From contig CAZEWZ010000002.1 of assembly GCA_964516765.1 (NCBI GenBank), positions 45,801-109,800 on the forward strand: 64,000 nt of DNA, written 5' to 3'. Below the pieces are notes generated by a model. That model did no database searches. It saw nothing but the letters and a program-made list of their open reading frames with translations, and was not told the origin of the DNA. Positions 18,001 to 25,802 of this stretch are shown here, one piece after another. The translations under genes were made by a program, and so were the position numbers. The stretch comes from an uncultured Cryomorphaceae bacterium. Lineage in GTDB: Bacteria; Bacteroidota; Bacteroidia; Flavobacteriales; UBA7430. Each line of letters opens with the position of its first letter. Within the stretch, counting starts at the first letter, position 1.

Positions 18001-19730
18001 TCACAATTAGAATTTACATCCACTTCAATGGAACCGTCAAATCCTGAATCTAAAGTTGCAAACATCAATTCTTCTCCTTCCATAGTCGTAATAGTTGCCG
18101 TAACGCCTCCCAACCAGCCGGGTCCAGTAAAACTTGACATATTAAAGGTGTGACACCCCGGTTGAACACAAATTAATTGTTCCTCACCAGCATTCCCCTC
18201 GAAACCTTCAAAATCCCATGAAATCGACTCTGTAAGATATTCAGCATTTGCTTCATTAACATTTATCGAGAGTAAAGTTGCCCCAACGCAATCTGAAGGA
18301 TAAAAGCATGATCCATCATTTATTACAGCGTCAATAAAATAATTATAAGCAGTTTCGTCTGTACAACCTTCTATAGGGTATAAGCAAGAGCCGTCATATG
18401 AATTTGCTTGTAAGTCAAAATTTAGTGCCAGAGTGTCATAACACCCAAATATTGGGGTGCATTCAGAATTAACCCCAACTAATAAACTAGCTCCTTGTCC
18501 TTCATCAAGATACATTTCAGCTAAAACATTAAATCCTTGAGTAATTGTGTAATTATAGCCCATCCAAGGACCTCCTCCATCTTTTGTGATATTAAAAATA
18601 TGACATCCTTCTTCTAGACATACATCGTAAGAGCCTCTTATCCCTGAGTAATCACCAATATTCCATGATGCAGGATTTGCAGAGACAATGTCATCTACTT
18701 CAATATGAATTTTTTCTCCGGAAATACATTCTCCATAACAATCAAATCCGAGTAAAGGATCTGGTTCACAATTACCACAAGTATTTAACTCATAACAAAA
18801 GCCATGATCATATAGTGCTTCAGAATCATAGTTACAAGCATTTTCATCCATACAACCATATTCAGAATTTACTTCTGCATGATTAAAAATCCATTCTAGA
18901 TAATTTGAAATAGTTGTATAGCCCATTGGGTATTGGGGCATGCCAGGAGTGTAACCTCCTGAAGTTACGCCAATTAGAAGCCAGTCAGTATTATCCATAT
19001 TAGCTACAACCAAAGGACCACCAGAGTCCCCAGATGCAGCAGATAAACCACCATTTTCTAAATCTCCGGCATAAATTGTACTTTCATTATATAGTTCCAA
19101 TTCTAATCCCAATAGACACGGATAATTACCTGAGAAACCATTTGGATCAGTGGAATCTCCACATGCAACTTCATTTGAAACAATTGGAACTTCAATCATT
19201 TGTAATGTGGAAGCCGCTATAGAGTCATTTAGGTACTCTGAGGTAGAAACCCCCCATCCAGTACTCATCGCTAGTATACCAGGATTTTGAAGACCTGCTT
19301 CCACATCGGAAGCAGAAATTAAATTAATAGATGCGATATTTTCAGAGAAGTTAAAAGACCCTTCAATCTGAATAAGTGCGATATCATTGTGAAGCCATTG
19401 GTCATCGTAAGCAGGGTGAGAGATAACCTGAATCACATTATATGATTCGCCTCCAGATGCCCAATTGTTTGATGATCCTGCATGAATAGTATAGGAACTT
19501 GCAGAGCCAGATCCGTCCACACAATGTGCAGCTGTGAGAACCCACGAGTCACCAATGATTGATCCTCCACAATAACTTCCAAAGTCAGGTCCATTATATT
19601 CAACAGCAACTTGCCATGGATGATCTAATATATTTGCATCATCGCCTCCTACAATTTTATTTTGACAATAAGTGTTTTGGGATAAAAGAAAAAAAATTGA
19701 TATAATCCAAATAAAATTTTTAAAAGACAT
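15027..19730 (-). CDS. giant secreted trypsin-like (S1) serine protease with 12 short and 6 long Cys-rich repeats and a T9SS sorting domain
   Basis: It has a signal peptide. The S1 domain spans aa 26-284 (18879-19655), with IVGG, LTAAHC (H69), NDIALI (D116) and GDSGGP (S236). The repeat region spans aa 292-1221 (16068-18857). Two related units of about 50-70 aa lie at aa 1262-1390. The C-terminal tail is IKIVNILGQ...ILFYVYDDGYVEKKIN. Confidence 0.85.
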   Translation of the reverse strand: MSFKNFIWIISIFFLLSQNTYCQNKIVGGDDANILDHPWQVAVEYNGPDFGSYCGGSIIGDSWVLTAAHCVDGSGSASSYTIHAGSSNNWASGGESYNVIQVISHPAYDDQWLHNDIALIQIEGSFNFSENIASINLISASDVEAGLQNPGILAMSTGWGVSTSEYLNDSIAASTLQMIEVPIVSNEVACGDSTDPNGFSGNYPCLLGLELELYNESTIYAGDLENGGLSAASGDSGGPLVVANMDNTDWLLIGVTSGGYTPGMPQYPMGYTTISNYLEWIFNHAEVNSEYGCMDENACNYDSEALYDHGFCYELNTCGNCEPDPLLGFDCYGECISGEKIHIEVDDIVSANPASWNIGDYSGIRGSYDVCLEEGCHIFNITKDGGGPWMGYNYTITQGFNVLAEMYLDEGQGASLLVGVNSECTPIFGCYDTLALNFDLQANSYDGSCLYPIEGCTDETAYNYFIDAVINDGSCFYPSDCVGATLLSINVNEANAEYLTESISWDFEGFEGNAGEEQLICVQPGCHTFNMSSFTGPGWLGGVTATITTMEGEELMFATLDSGFDGSIEVDVNSNCEFVYGCTNPIAFNYNSLANQDNGFCHIPVIDCGDSTTVFMEFTGGDYNYLILWEMNGISGNSYPFDGSPQGQFCLDDGCYIYNMFNDPSMAPSWWDDSYPLGWGGSEVTITASGGSVLGSGTLTNSNIGSLVFSLNQENCEFNMGCSDSLALNFDANVNVEDGSCIYPIYGCMDSLDLFFSPTANIDDDSCSKIICEGLNRLSVNITGNYTTSVGWSMTGFEGSEGENPVCLEDGCHSFAINTYDENGIENTDWFDAEISITNEAGELLINQLIDGNSPSGSFTLALNTLEACFSGCTNPLAFNYEPLANASDGSCITPSQCEDGTPYILLLSDSWPYGGNHNSLIVSENNGDQFSIVFPGPSSEANESICLNDGCNIFSIGGPWANEITWELVDTNQTTIMSGEGNIASIFIQNSQEECEITYGCIDPIALNYNQAANGSDNSCEFIEGCTNSSALNFNSEAIIDNNSCQFPVYGCTDINALNYNSEADIDDSTCYYPVSGCSDSLAFNFDPNSIEDTTSCIYPFECEGLNLIYIEVSFGQWPNEVSWILNEYSGEVGLSQACLNEGCHSFTMYDSYGDGWNGSEFIITNSDNQVLASGTLDSGLEGTLDFCVDFTNQLILGCTDSVAINFNSLATQDDESCEYESSIPFCQTIEMPQGWSIFSTYIIEEDLNLDVMLEDINQDIIIVKDYMGNAYLPEYLFNAIGEMITGQGYFIKTGNSLSIDFCGNYALPEQNPINVIEGWNLIAYLRTESAEIPSVLVDLSDLIIAKNYEGDVYLPDYSFNGIGSMNPGEGYQLKIGSDDVLYYLSNDDSYRFNSMELINNRTSHFMKVPATDNNMTIVIKDEAWGEKPIIGSEVAAFNLKGKLLGTSMYTPNVTVLTVWGIESINTDSEEIDQSREISFKLWNTENLENLILSDGLISSISYSPNDINIISHIETEIITETNSGSKNLIKIVNILGQDVTKKDLRHKNQILFYVYDDGYVEKKIN

Positions 19731-19771
19731 ACTTAATGGGAGTTTATTTTGGTTTTTATTGTAATAGTTTT

Positions 19772-19779
19772 CAAATTTA
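19772..19779 (-). promoter_or_regulatory. candidate -7 box (TAAATTTG) for the giant protease gene
   Basis: The minus strand reads TAAATTTG 41 nt upstream of the ATG at 19730. No clear -33 TTG is present. Confidence 0.3.
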
Positions 19780-19970
19780 ATGAAAAACAGCTGAATAATT
19801 TAATAGTCAATGATCAGTTTTGATGATAATCATCTAATAATAAACCATTTTCTTCCTTTAAAACGTTATTTGTAGAAACAGTCGGTTACCCTTCAATGAT
19901 TTTAAATCAATTATTTTTTGGTTCTTTATTCCTGACTACAATAATCATTAATGGTATTGATCTTGTTTGA

Positions 19971-21191
19971 TTAATTCTTTAAAAACGATTTTAAAAACAG
20001 TCCTCTTATCGTAAAGAAAAAAGCCCAGATACCAGCGAGATTAGGTTTGGGTTTTTTGCCTTTCCCTAAACGTTGTATTTGTAATTCATACCAAGGAAGT
20101 TCAACTCCGCCCATTTTATCTAACAGTTCAATGCCTATGGTTGGAACGGGTGCCTTAAAACTAGTTTCTTTTCCGTCAAAAATATCTTGAGCTAAATTGG
20201 GGTACAGACAAAAAGGACGCCCTAAACCAATCACATCTAGTTTTTCGCTTTTTAGGGCATCTTCCATTGCTTTAACAGAACGAAATCCACCTGTCAACAA
20301 TAAAGGTGTATTAGTTATTTTTCGTGCTTTTTCAATGTAGTCTAAAAAATACGCTTCTCTTTCAAGAGTACTTTGTTTTCGATTTCCTTTTATCATGGCA
20401 GGTTTTTCATAGGTTCCTCCAGAGATTTCGATCAAGTCTATTCCTTCACGTGAAAGAAATTGTACCACCTCCATGGATTCTTCTTCGGTAAAACCACCAC
20501 GTTGAAAATCGGTAGAGTTAATTTTAATCCCAACAGGATAATCTGGACCTACCTGATGGCGAATCTCACGATACACTTCTAGCACAAATCGAGATCTATT
20601 TTCTAGCGAGCCACCCCATTGATCTTTTCGGGTATTACTCATTGGCGATAAAAACTGACTAACAAGATAGCCATGTGCCCCGTGAATTTGACAGCCTGTA
20701 AAACCAGCCTCCTTCATTATTCTCGCACTATTACCAAAACGTTTAATGATATCCAAAATCGCATCTTCTGTTAAAGGTGTGGCGAGTTTAAACATTTTTG
20801 ACGCTCCACCCATTTTTAATGGGACAGACGATGGGGAAACAACTTCTCTATTGATTGATCTAAAGGCTTGTCTTCCGGGGTGATTTAATTGTGGCCATAA
20901 ATGTACGCCTGTTCCCTCGACGGTTTTTGCCCAAGCTTTTAATAAGTCAAAATGGGTGTAATCTTCTACCACAACATTTTTAGGTTCACCTATGGCTCTG
21001 TTATCAATCATTACGTTTCCAGTTATTAAAAGCCCTGGATTACCTTTGGCCCAGACATTATAAGCGTTGATTAGCGTCATTGTAGGGGCGTTTGAGAAAC
21101 TTCCTATATTCTCGCTCATCGCGGATTTAGCGATACGATTTTTCAAGATTGCCCCACATGGTAAGGTGAATGGAGAAGCAATTTTTTTCAT
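19971..21191 (-). CDS. NADH:flavin oxidoreductase (Old Yellow Enzyme / 2,4-dienoyl-CoA reductase-like FMN domain)
   Basis: The TIM-barrel OYE pattern includes NRI.KSAMSE, QLNHPGRQ, GCQIHGAHGYL.SQFLSP..N.R.D.WGGSLENR and GLGRP. I start at the ATG at 21189-21191 (MKKIASPFTL...). The 43-codon N-terminal extension in the track looks spurious. Confidence 0.8.
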   Translation of the reverse strand: MKKIASPFTLPCGAILKNRIAKSAMSENIGSFSNAPTMTLINAYNVWAKGNPGLLITGNVMIDNRAIGEPKNVVVEDYTHFDLLKAWAKTVEGTGVHLWPQLNHPGRQAFRSINREVVSPSSVPLKMGGASKMFKLATPLTEDAILDIIKRFGNSARIMKEAGFTGCQIHGAHGYLVSQFLSPMSNTRKDQWGGSLENRSRFVLEVYREIRHQVGPDYPVGIKINSTDFQRGGFTEEESMEVVQFLSREGIDLIEISGGTYEKPAMIKGNRKQSTLEREAYFLDYIEKARKITNTPLLLTGGFRSVKAMEDALKSEKLDVIGLGRPFCLYPNLAQDIFDGKETSFKAPVPTIGIELLDKMGGVELPWYELQIQRLGKGKKPKPNLAGIWAFFFTIRGLFLKSFLKN

Positions 21192-21660
21192 GATATAAGC
21201 TTTACAATTTAAAAACTTCCTCCCTTGAATTAATAAGTAGTTATTTTGATATCTCTTGATAGAAGATATTTGAAGAAGTCCCTCTATTACATTATCTTGT
21301 ATATAACCACAATAATACATTAAATCTATAATTGTTGAATCATAACGTCACGAAAATATTCTTGTCTTATATTTCCTATATTCAGAATTATTTTAATACA
21401 TCAGCTAGATATATGACCAAACAATTCTTCATATAAATCATGTTTGTTTTGAATTATTATAGCCCATAGTGAATAATCACTGTTACCGGAATCGACTTCT
21501 ACCTTTGAGTTAAAATTGTCTGTATTGCTTTTTCACATCAAGTTATTATACTTAACAATGAGATATGCAAAAAGAAAGCCATTTTTGAAGAACAGCTTTT
21601 TAGTTAAACATCTGAAAATAAATAATTTGAAAAATATACGCCTTTTGAAAAGGGCTTTAG

Positions 21661-21745
21661 CAGAGAGGAAGGGATTCGAACCCCCGATACATTACTGTAT
21701 ACACGCTTTCCAAGCGTGCGCCTTAAGCCACTCGGCCACCTCTCT
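21661..21745 (-). tRNA. tRNA-Ser (anticodon GGA)
   Basis: The minus strand has the 7-bp acceptor stem AGAGAGG/CCTCTCT with discriminator G. The D-arm is GTGGCCGAGTGG. The anticodon stem-loop is CACGC-TTGGAAA-GCGTG (anticodon GGA). It has a long variable arm and the T-loop GGTTCGAATCC. No CCA is encoded. Confidence 0.9.
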
Positions 21746-21831
21746 AAACAGGCCAAAAGTAAGTATTTTTTTTCAAAATTTCGCCCTTTTTTAAAAGTAC
21801 CTAGCTGGGCGAAATTGTGTAACTTGAACCA

Positions 21832-22599
21832 ATGATATTGACAGACACTCACAGCCACCTTTACGATCATAAATTTTCCGAAGACAGAACAGAAATGATT
21901 GACCGCGCTTTGAAAGAAAATGTCCAGCGTATTTTTTTGCCTAATGTAGATTCCAAATCTGTACAGGGAATGATGGAAGTGGTGGCAGATCATCCAGACA
22001 AATGTTTTCCTATGATTGGTTTGCATCCTTGTAATGTAAAGGGAAATTATAATGAAGAACTTACTATACTTAAAGATTACTTGGATAATGGAAGCTTTGT
22101 TGCCGTTGGGGAAATAGGTATGGACCTTTATTGGGATAAGACTTTTTTAGATGAGCAAAAAGAATCTTTCCGAACTCAAATTCATTGGGCAAAAGACAAG
22201 GGACTTCCAGTAGTCATTCATTGTAGAGATGCATTTAAAGAGGTTTTCGAAATCTTAGATTCAGAAAAAGGACCTCTTTTACGGGGTGTTTTTCATTGCT
22301 TTACAGGAAGTATAGACCAAGCCCACCGCGCAATTGATTTAAACTTTTATTTGGGTATTGGTGGCGTAGTCACATTCAAAAAAGCAGGGTTAGATAGTGT
22401 TGTCAAACAAATCCCCCTAAAACACATAGTGCTGGAAACAGACAGTCCCTATCTGTCACCTAGCCCTAACCGAGGCAAGCGAAACGAAAGTGCTTACCTA
22501 ATCCATATTGCAAGAAAGGTGGCAGACTTACATGAAGTAACCATGGAGGAACTTGCCAAAATCACCACCAATAATTCAAAACAACTTTTTGGACGCTAG
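21832..22599 (+). CDS. tatD: TatD family metal-dependent hydrolase (DNase)
   Basis: The N-terminal metal site is DTHSHL. It also carries GEIGMDLYW, VIHCRDA, HCFTG and ETDSPYL motifs. Confidence 0.85.
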   Translation: MILTDTHSHLYDHKFSEDRTEMIDRALKENVQRIFLPNVDSKSVQGMMEVVADHPDKCFPMIGLHPCNVKGNYNEELTILKDYLDNGSFVAVGEIGMDLYWDKTFLDEQKESFRTQIHWAKDKGLPVVIHCRDAFKEVFEILDSEKGPLLRGVFHCFTGSIDQAHRAIDLNFYLGIGGVVTFKKAGLDSVVKQIPLKHIVLETDSPYLSPSPNRGKRNESAYLIHIARKVADLHEVTMEELAKITTNNSKQLFGR

Positions 22600-22600
22600 C

Positions 22601-23617
22601 ATGAAAATATTACTAATATATACTGGAGGAACTATTGGTATGGTTCAGAATAAACAATCGGATGCTTATGTTCCTTTTGACTTTGAGAATTTACAAAATC
22701 AAATTCCTGAAATTAATCAGCTTGATTGTTCATTGGAAGTTTTGTCTTATAATCCTAGTATTGACTCTTCGAACATGCAAACTAAAATATGGATACAACT
22801 CGCTAAAACTATTGAGTCTTCTTATTCCGATTATGATGGATTTGTTATTCTTCATGGTTCTGATACGATGGCTTTTACTGCTTCTGCTTTGAGCTTTATG
22901 TTAGAGGGTTTAAATAAGCCAGTTGTACTAACTGGGTCTCAGCTTCCTTCAGGAGTTCCGCGTACTGATGCCAAAGAAAATTTAATTACTGCTATAGAAA
23001 TAGCCGCCGCTCTAAAAAATGGACTTCCTGAAGTACCTGAGGTTTCGCTATATTTTGAATATCAGCTTTACCGAGGGAATAGAACGCATAAGGCTAATGC
23101 AGAAAATTTTGAAGCCTTTGAATCGGTCAACTACCCATCTTTGGCTGAAGCAGGAGTTCATTTAAAGTTTAATCGTCGATATGTGCAAAAAAAACTGAAT
23201 GAATCTTTAAGAGTTCACACAAAATTAAACACCCGTGTCGGCCTGCTAAAAATTTTCCCTGGTATGACGAAAGATTATGTTCAGCACCTATTAGAAAACC
23301 CAAAGACCGAAGCCTTTATTCTTGAAACATTTGGAGTGGGAAATGCTCCAACTTTTCCTTGGTTTTTGAAGCTTATTAAAGATGCTATTGAAAGAGGACA
23401 ACTGATTTTTAACGTCTCCCAGTGTAATGGGGGTTCCGTAGAATTAGGACGTTATGAAACCAGCAAAAGCCTCAAAGATCTGGGTGTACTTTCGGCCTAT
23501 GACATGACTTTTGAAGCCGCACTTACCAAATTGATGTTTGTGATGGGGTATACCGATAATGAGGTAAAAAGAAAAACTCTATTAGAGTCTAATTTACAAG
23601 GAGAATGCACTAGATAG
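22601..23617 (+). CDS. ansA: type I (cytoplasmic) L-asparaginase
   Basis: The active-site N-terminus is ILLIYTGGTIGM, and HGSDTM and VLTGSQ.P motifs are present. I start at the ATG at 22601, 2 nt after the tatD stop. The track's upstream extension overlaps tatD. Confidence 0.85.
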   Translation: MKILLIYTGGTIGMVQNKQSDAYVPFDFENLQNQIPEINQLDCSLEVLSYNPSIDSSNMQTKIWIQLAKTIESSYSDYDGFVILHGSDTMAFTASALSFMLEGLNKPVVLTGSQLPSGVPRTDAKENLITAIEIAAALKNGLPEVPEVSLYFEYQLYRGNRTHKANAENFEAFESVNYPSLAEAGVHLKFNRRYVQKKLNESLRVHTKLNTRVGLLKIFPGMTKDYVQHLLENPKTEAFILETFGVGNAPTFPWFLKLIKDAIERGQLIFNVSQCNGGSVELGRYETSKSLKDLGVLSAYDMTFEAALTKLMFVMGYTDNEVKRKTLLESNLQGECTR

Positions 23618-23692
23618 TCCTGAGAAGATAATTTATATCATTTTTCTTTGTCCTTGAAAGGCATTGCTTATTTTTGTTTCAAATCCTTTGTG

Positions 23693-24664
23693 ATGATGAA
23701 GATTCTTATCATTCGTTTTAGTTCTATTGGGGACATCATTTTAACCACTCCCATTATTCGTAGACTAAAGAAACAGGAAAATGTAGAATTACATTTTCTA
23801 ACGAAGAAGCCTTTTGCTTCTATGCTAGCAGCTAATCCATACTTGCATAAAATTCATGTAATAGATAAAAATTTTGACGATGATTTATTGTCCTCTTTAT
23901 ATAATGAGAATTTTGATTTATTAGTAGATCTCCACAAAAATTTTAGATCGCTCAGGCTAAAGCGAGTGCTCAACTCACCTTCGGTTTCTTTTTCTAAATC
24001 AAATTTTAAAAAGTGGTTACTTATCCAATGGAACTATCGGCCATCTGTAATTCGTAATGTTGTAGATCGATACATGGATAGTCTTGAATCACTTGGAATC
24101 AAAGACGACGGACATGGCTTAGATTATTTTATTCCTTCTCAAACTCAAATTAAAATTGAATTACCTCTTGAGCAAAGTTTTTTGGCATGGTGTATTGGTG
24201 GCTCATTTGAGCAAAAGAAACTCTCAGTTAATCAGGTTGCAGAGGTCGCTTCTAATATCAAAACAAATATTTTTCTGCTTGGAGGAGAAGATGAAATTGA
24301 TCAGGGAGAAGATATTATTCGTCTTTGTAAAACTCCCCAAGTCTATAACCTTTGTGGTAGACTATCTTTAAATCAAACTGCTTTAATGATTCAAAAAAGT
24401 GAATTACTGCTAAGTAATGATACGGGATTAATGCATATGGGTGCAGCATTTAAAAAGCCTATTATTTCGTTTTGGGGTTGTACCCAGCCTTCTTTAGGTT
24501 TTGCTCCATACAGGGGAGCTAATAATTCTACAGAAATATCTTCTCGACCATACGGAAGGCCTTGTTCAAAGCACGGAAAATCTTGTAGGATTAGTCCTTT
24601 GGGATGTATCAAAAATATTTCTTCAAAACAGATTACTGCAGCTTTAAAAAAGTACAACTTTTAA
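23693..24664 (+). CDS. glycosyltransferase family 9 (LPS heptosyltransferase-like)
   Basis: MKILIIRFSSIGDIILTTP is the typical GT9 N-terminus. The C-terminal part has LLLSNDTGLMHMGAA. I start at the internal ATG at 23693. Confidence 0.75.
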   Translation: MMKILIIRFSSIGDIILTTPIIRRLKKQENVELHFLTKKPFASMLAANPYLHKIHVIDKNFDDDLLSSLYNENFDLLVDLHKNFRSLRLKRVLNSPSVSFSKSNFKKWLLIQWNYRPSVIRNVVDRYMDSLESLGIKDDGHGLDYFIPSQTQIKIELPLEQSFLAWCIGGSFEQKKLSVNQVAEVASNIKTNIFLLGGEDEIDQGEDIIRLCKTPQVYNLCGRLSLNQTALMIQKSELLLSNDTGLMHMGAAFKKPIISFWGCTQPSLGFAPYRGANNSTEISSRPYGRPCSKHGKSCRISPLGCIKNISSKQITAALKKYNF

Positions 24665-24683
24665 TATATATTAAGATGGAGTA

Positions 24684-25718
24684 TTATTGTTTGAGGAGCC
24701 ATGTAGCTTTCCCTCTTTTTTTAATATCATTGAGCTGATTCATTGCTAATTTTTTCTCTGAAAATGTTGCATATGTAACTCGATAAAGCCCTTGCTCACT
24801 TTGCCCAATCATTTCAGCTTTAAAGCCCTCTTGCTTAAGTTTTATAGATAAATTTATTGCATTCTTTTTTGAAGAAAAACATCCAGCGACTAAATGAAAT
24901 TTAGTGTATCTATTTGCATGATTTAGAATAGAATTGGGAATTATTTTTGCAATCTCCTTCTTTTTTTCTTTAGAAACAGGAAATGTTTCTTCTAATAAAA
25001 TTTTTTTATTATCGTTTGGCATTATGTCTTTTAAAATTTCCGTTGGCATAGTAATTATTTCCTCTTCAGAAGTAATTCTGGGAATATATACTGCTTCTGG
25101 AGTCGTTTTAAAAGGATTTAGGAAAGCATAGTTTGAATAGGATTCTCTGAGTAATTCGTTTTGAACAGAGACAATACTACTAACAGCAAAAAGAGGGAGG
25201 AGAATTGCAGCAACTTTCCAATTTAGACTCAGACTTTTTTTCTGAAGGTTTTTTGCTTTTCTAGTGATTTCTTTTTTTAGAATTCCTTTTTCTTTTTTGC
25301 GTAAAATTGCAGGAGATTGCATGCTTTCCAAACCAAAAGAGTCCAATAAAAAGTTATCTTTTATGTTGGCCTTAAATGAAATATGCCCATTTAAGTCTAA
25401 TGTAAGCAGACCGATGTTTGCTATTTTCGCTTCTTTTTTGTGTTCTAAGTCATTTTTGATTCGTGTTACAAACTTGTCAACTTTGGTTTGCGCAGCTTCA
25501 AAAGAAATAGATTCACAGTCAGCAATATAATTAGCAAGAAGACCGTCATTTTTGTCAATTTGTGTATTAAATCGGATACTTTTGCTTGGTGGTCGAAAGC
25601 TATGACTTATGGGGTGAATTTGTGCGGGTCGATAATGAGAAATGAATCCGCCTAAATTGTTCAATATGACACAGTCATATCTGTAGAGCAATTCTCGAAT
25701 ATAAATTTCTATCTTCAT
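24684..25718 (-). CDS. SPOR domain protein with HU/CCDC81-like N-terminal domain
   Basis: The N-terminus is LLYRYDCVILNNLGGF. There is one central TM segment. The C-terminal SPOR-like repeat is FHLVAGCFSSKKNA..L..KL...G..A.....E.GLYRV. Confidence 0.6.
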   Translation of the reverse strand: MKIEIYIRELLYRYDCVILNNLGGFISHYRPAQIHPISHSFRPPSKSIRFNTQIDKNDGLLANYIADCESISFEAAQTKVDKFVTRIKNDLEHKKEAKIANIGLLTLDLNGHISFKANIKDNFLLDSFGLESMQSPAILRKKEKGILKKEITRKAKNLQKKSLSLNWKVAAILLPLFAVSSIVSVQNELLRESYSNYAFLNPFKTTPEAVYIPRITSEEEIITMPTEILKDIMPNDNKKILLEETFPVSKEKKKEIAKIIPNSILNHANRYTKFHLVAGCFSSKKNAINLSIKLKQEGFKAEMIGQSEQGLYRVTYATFSEKKLAMNQLNDIKKRGKATWLLKQ

Positions 25719-25802
25719 ATTTCAAAAATAGATAAAGCATTTGTCATAGAAAAATTTTCACTTGTCAATTAATATAAGGAATATATCATAAGCAGATTAA
25801 TC

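Noticed and set aside
21192-21320. N-terminal extensions suggested by the ORF track. The one at these coordinates is on the oxidoreductase; similar ones affect ansA (22553), GT9 (23648), mfd (50716), the azurin-like gene (8375), GIY-YIG (14405), sucA (42119) and birA (2052).
   Set aside because: In each case a downstream ATG gives the conserved family N-terminus or a signal peptide or lipobox. The extension either overlaps the upstream gene or adds non-homologous residues.
11470-21745. Genomic island integrated at tRNA-Ser.
   Set aside because: I see no integrase, recombinase or transposase gene and no duplicated tRNA 3' segment. There is no evident base-composition change relative to the flanks.
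21516-22026. ORFs of 92 aa (+) and 140 aa (-) spanning the tRNA-Ser gene and the tatD start.
   Set aside because: They overlap a canonical tRNA and the 5' end of tatD, and they have no motifs. Translating through a tRNA gene is a classic artefact.
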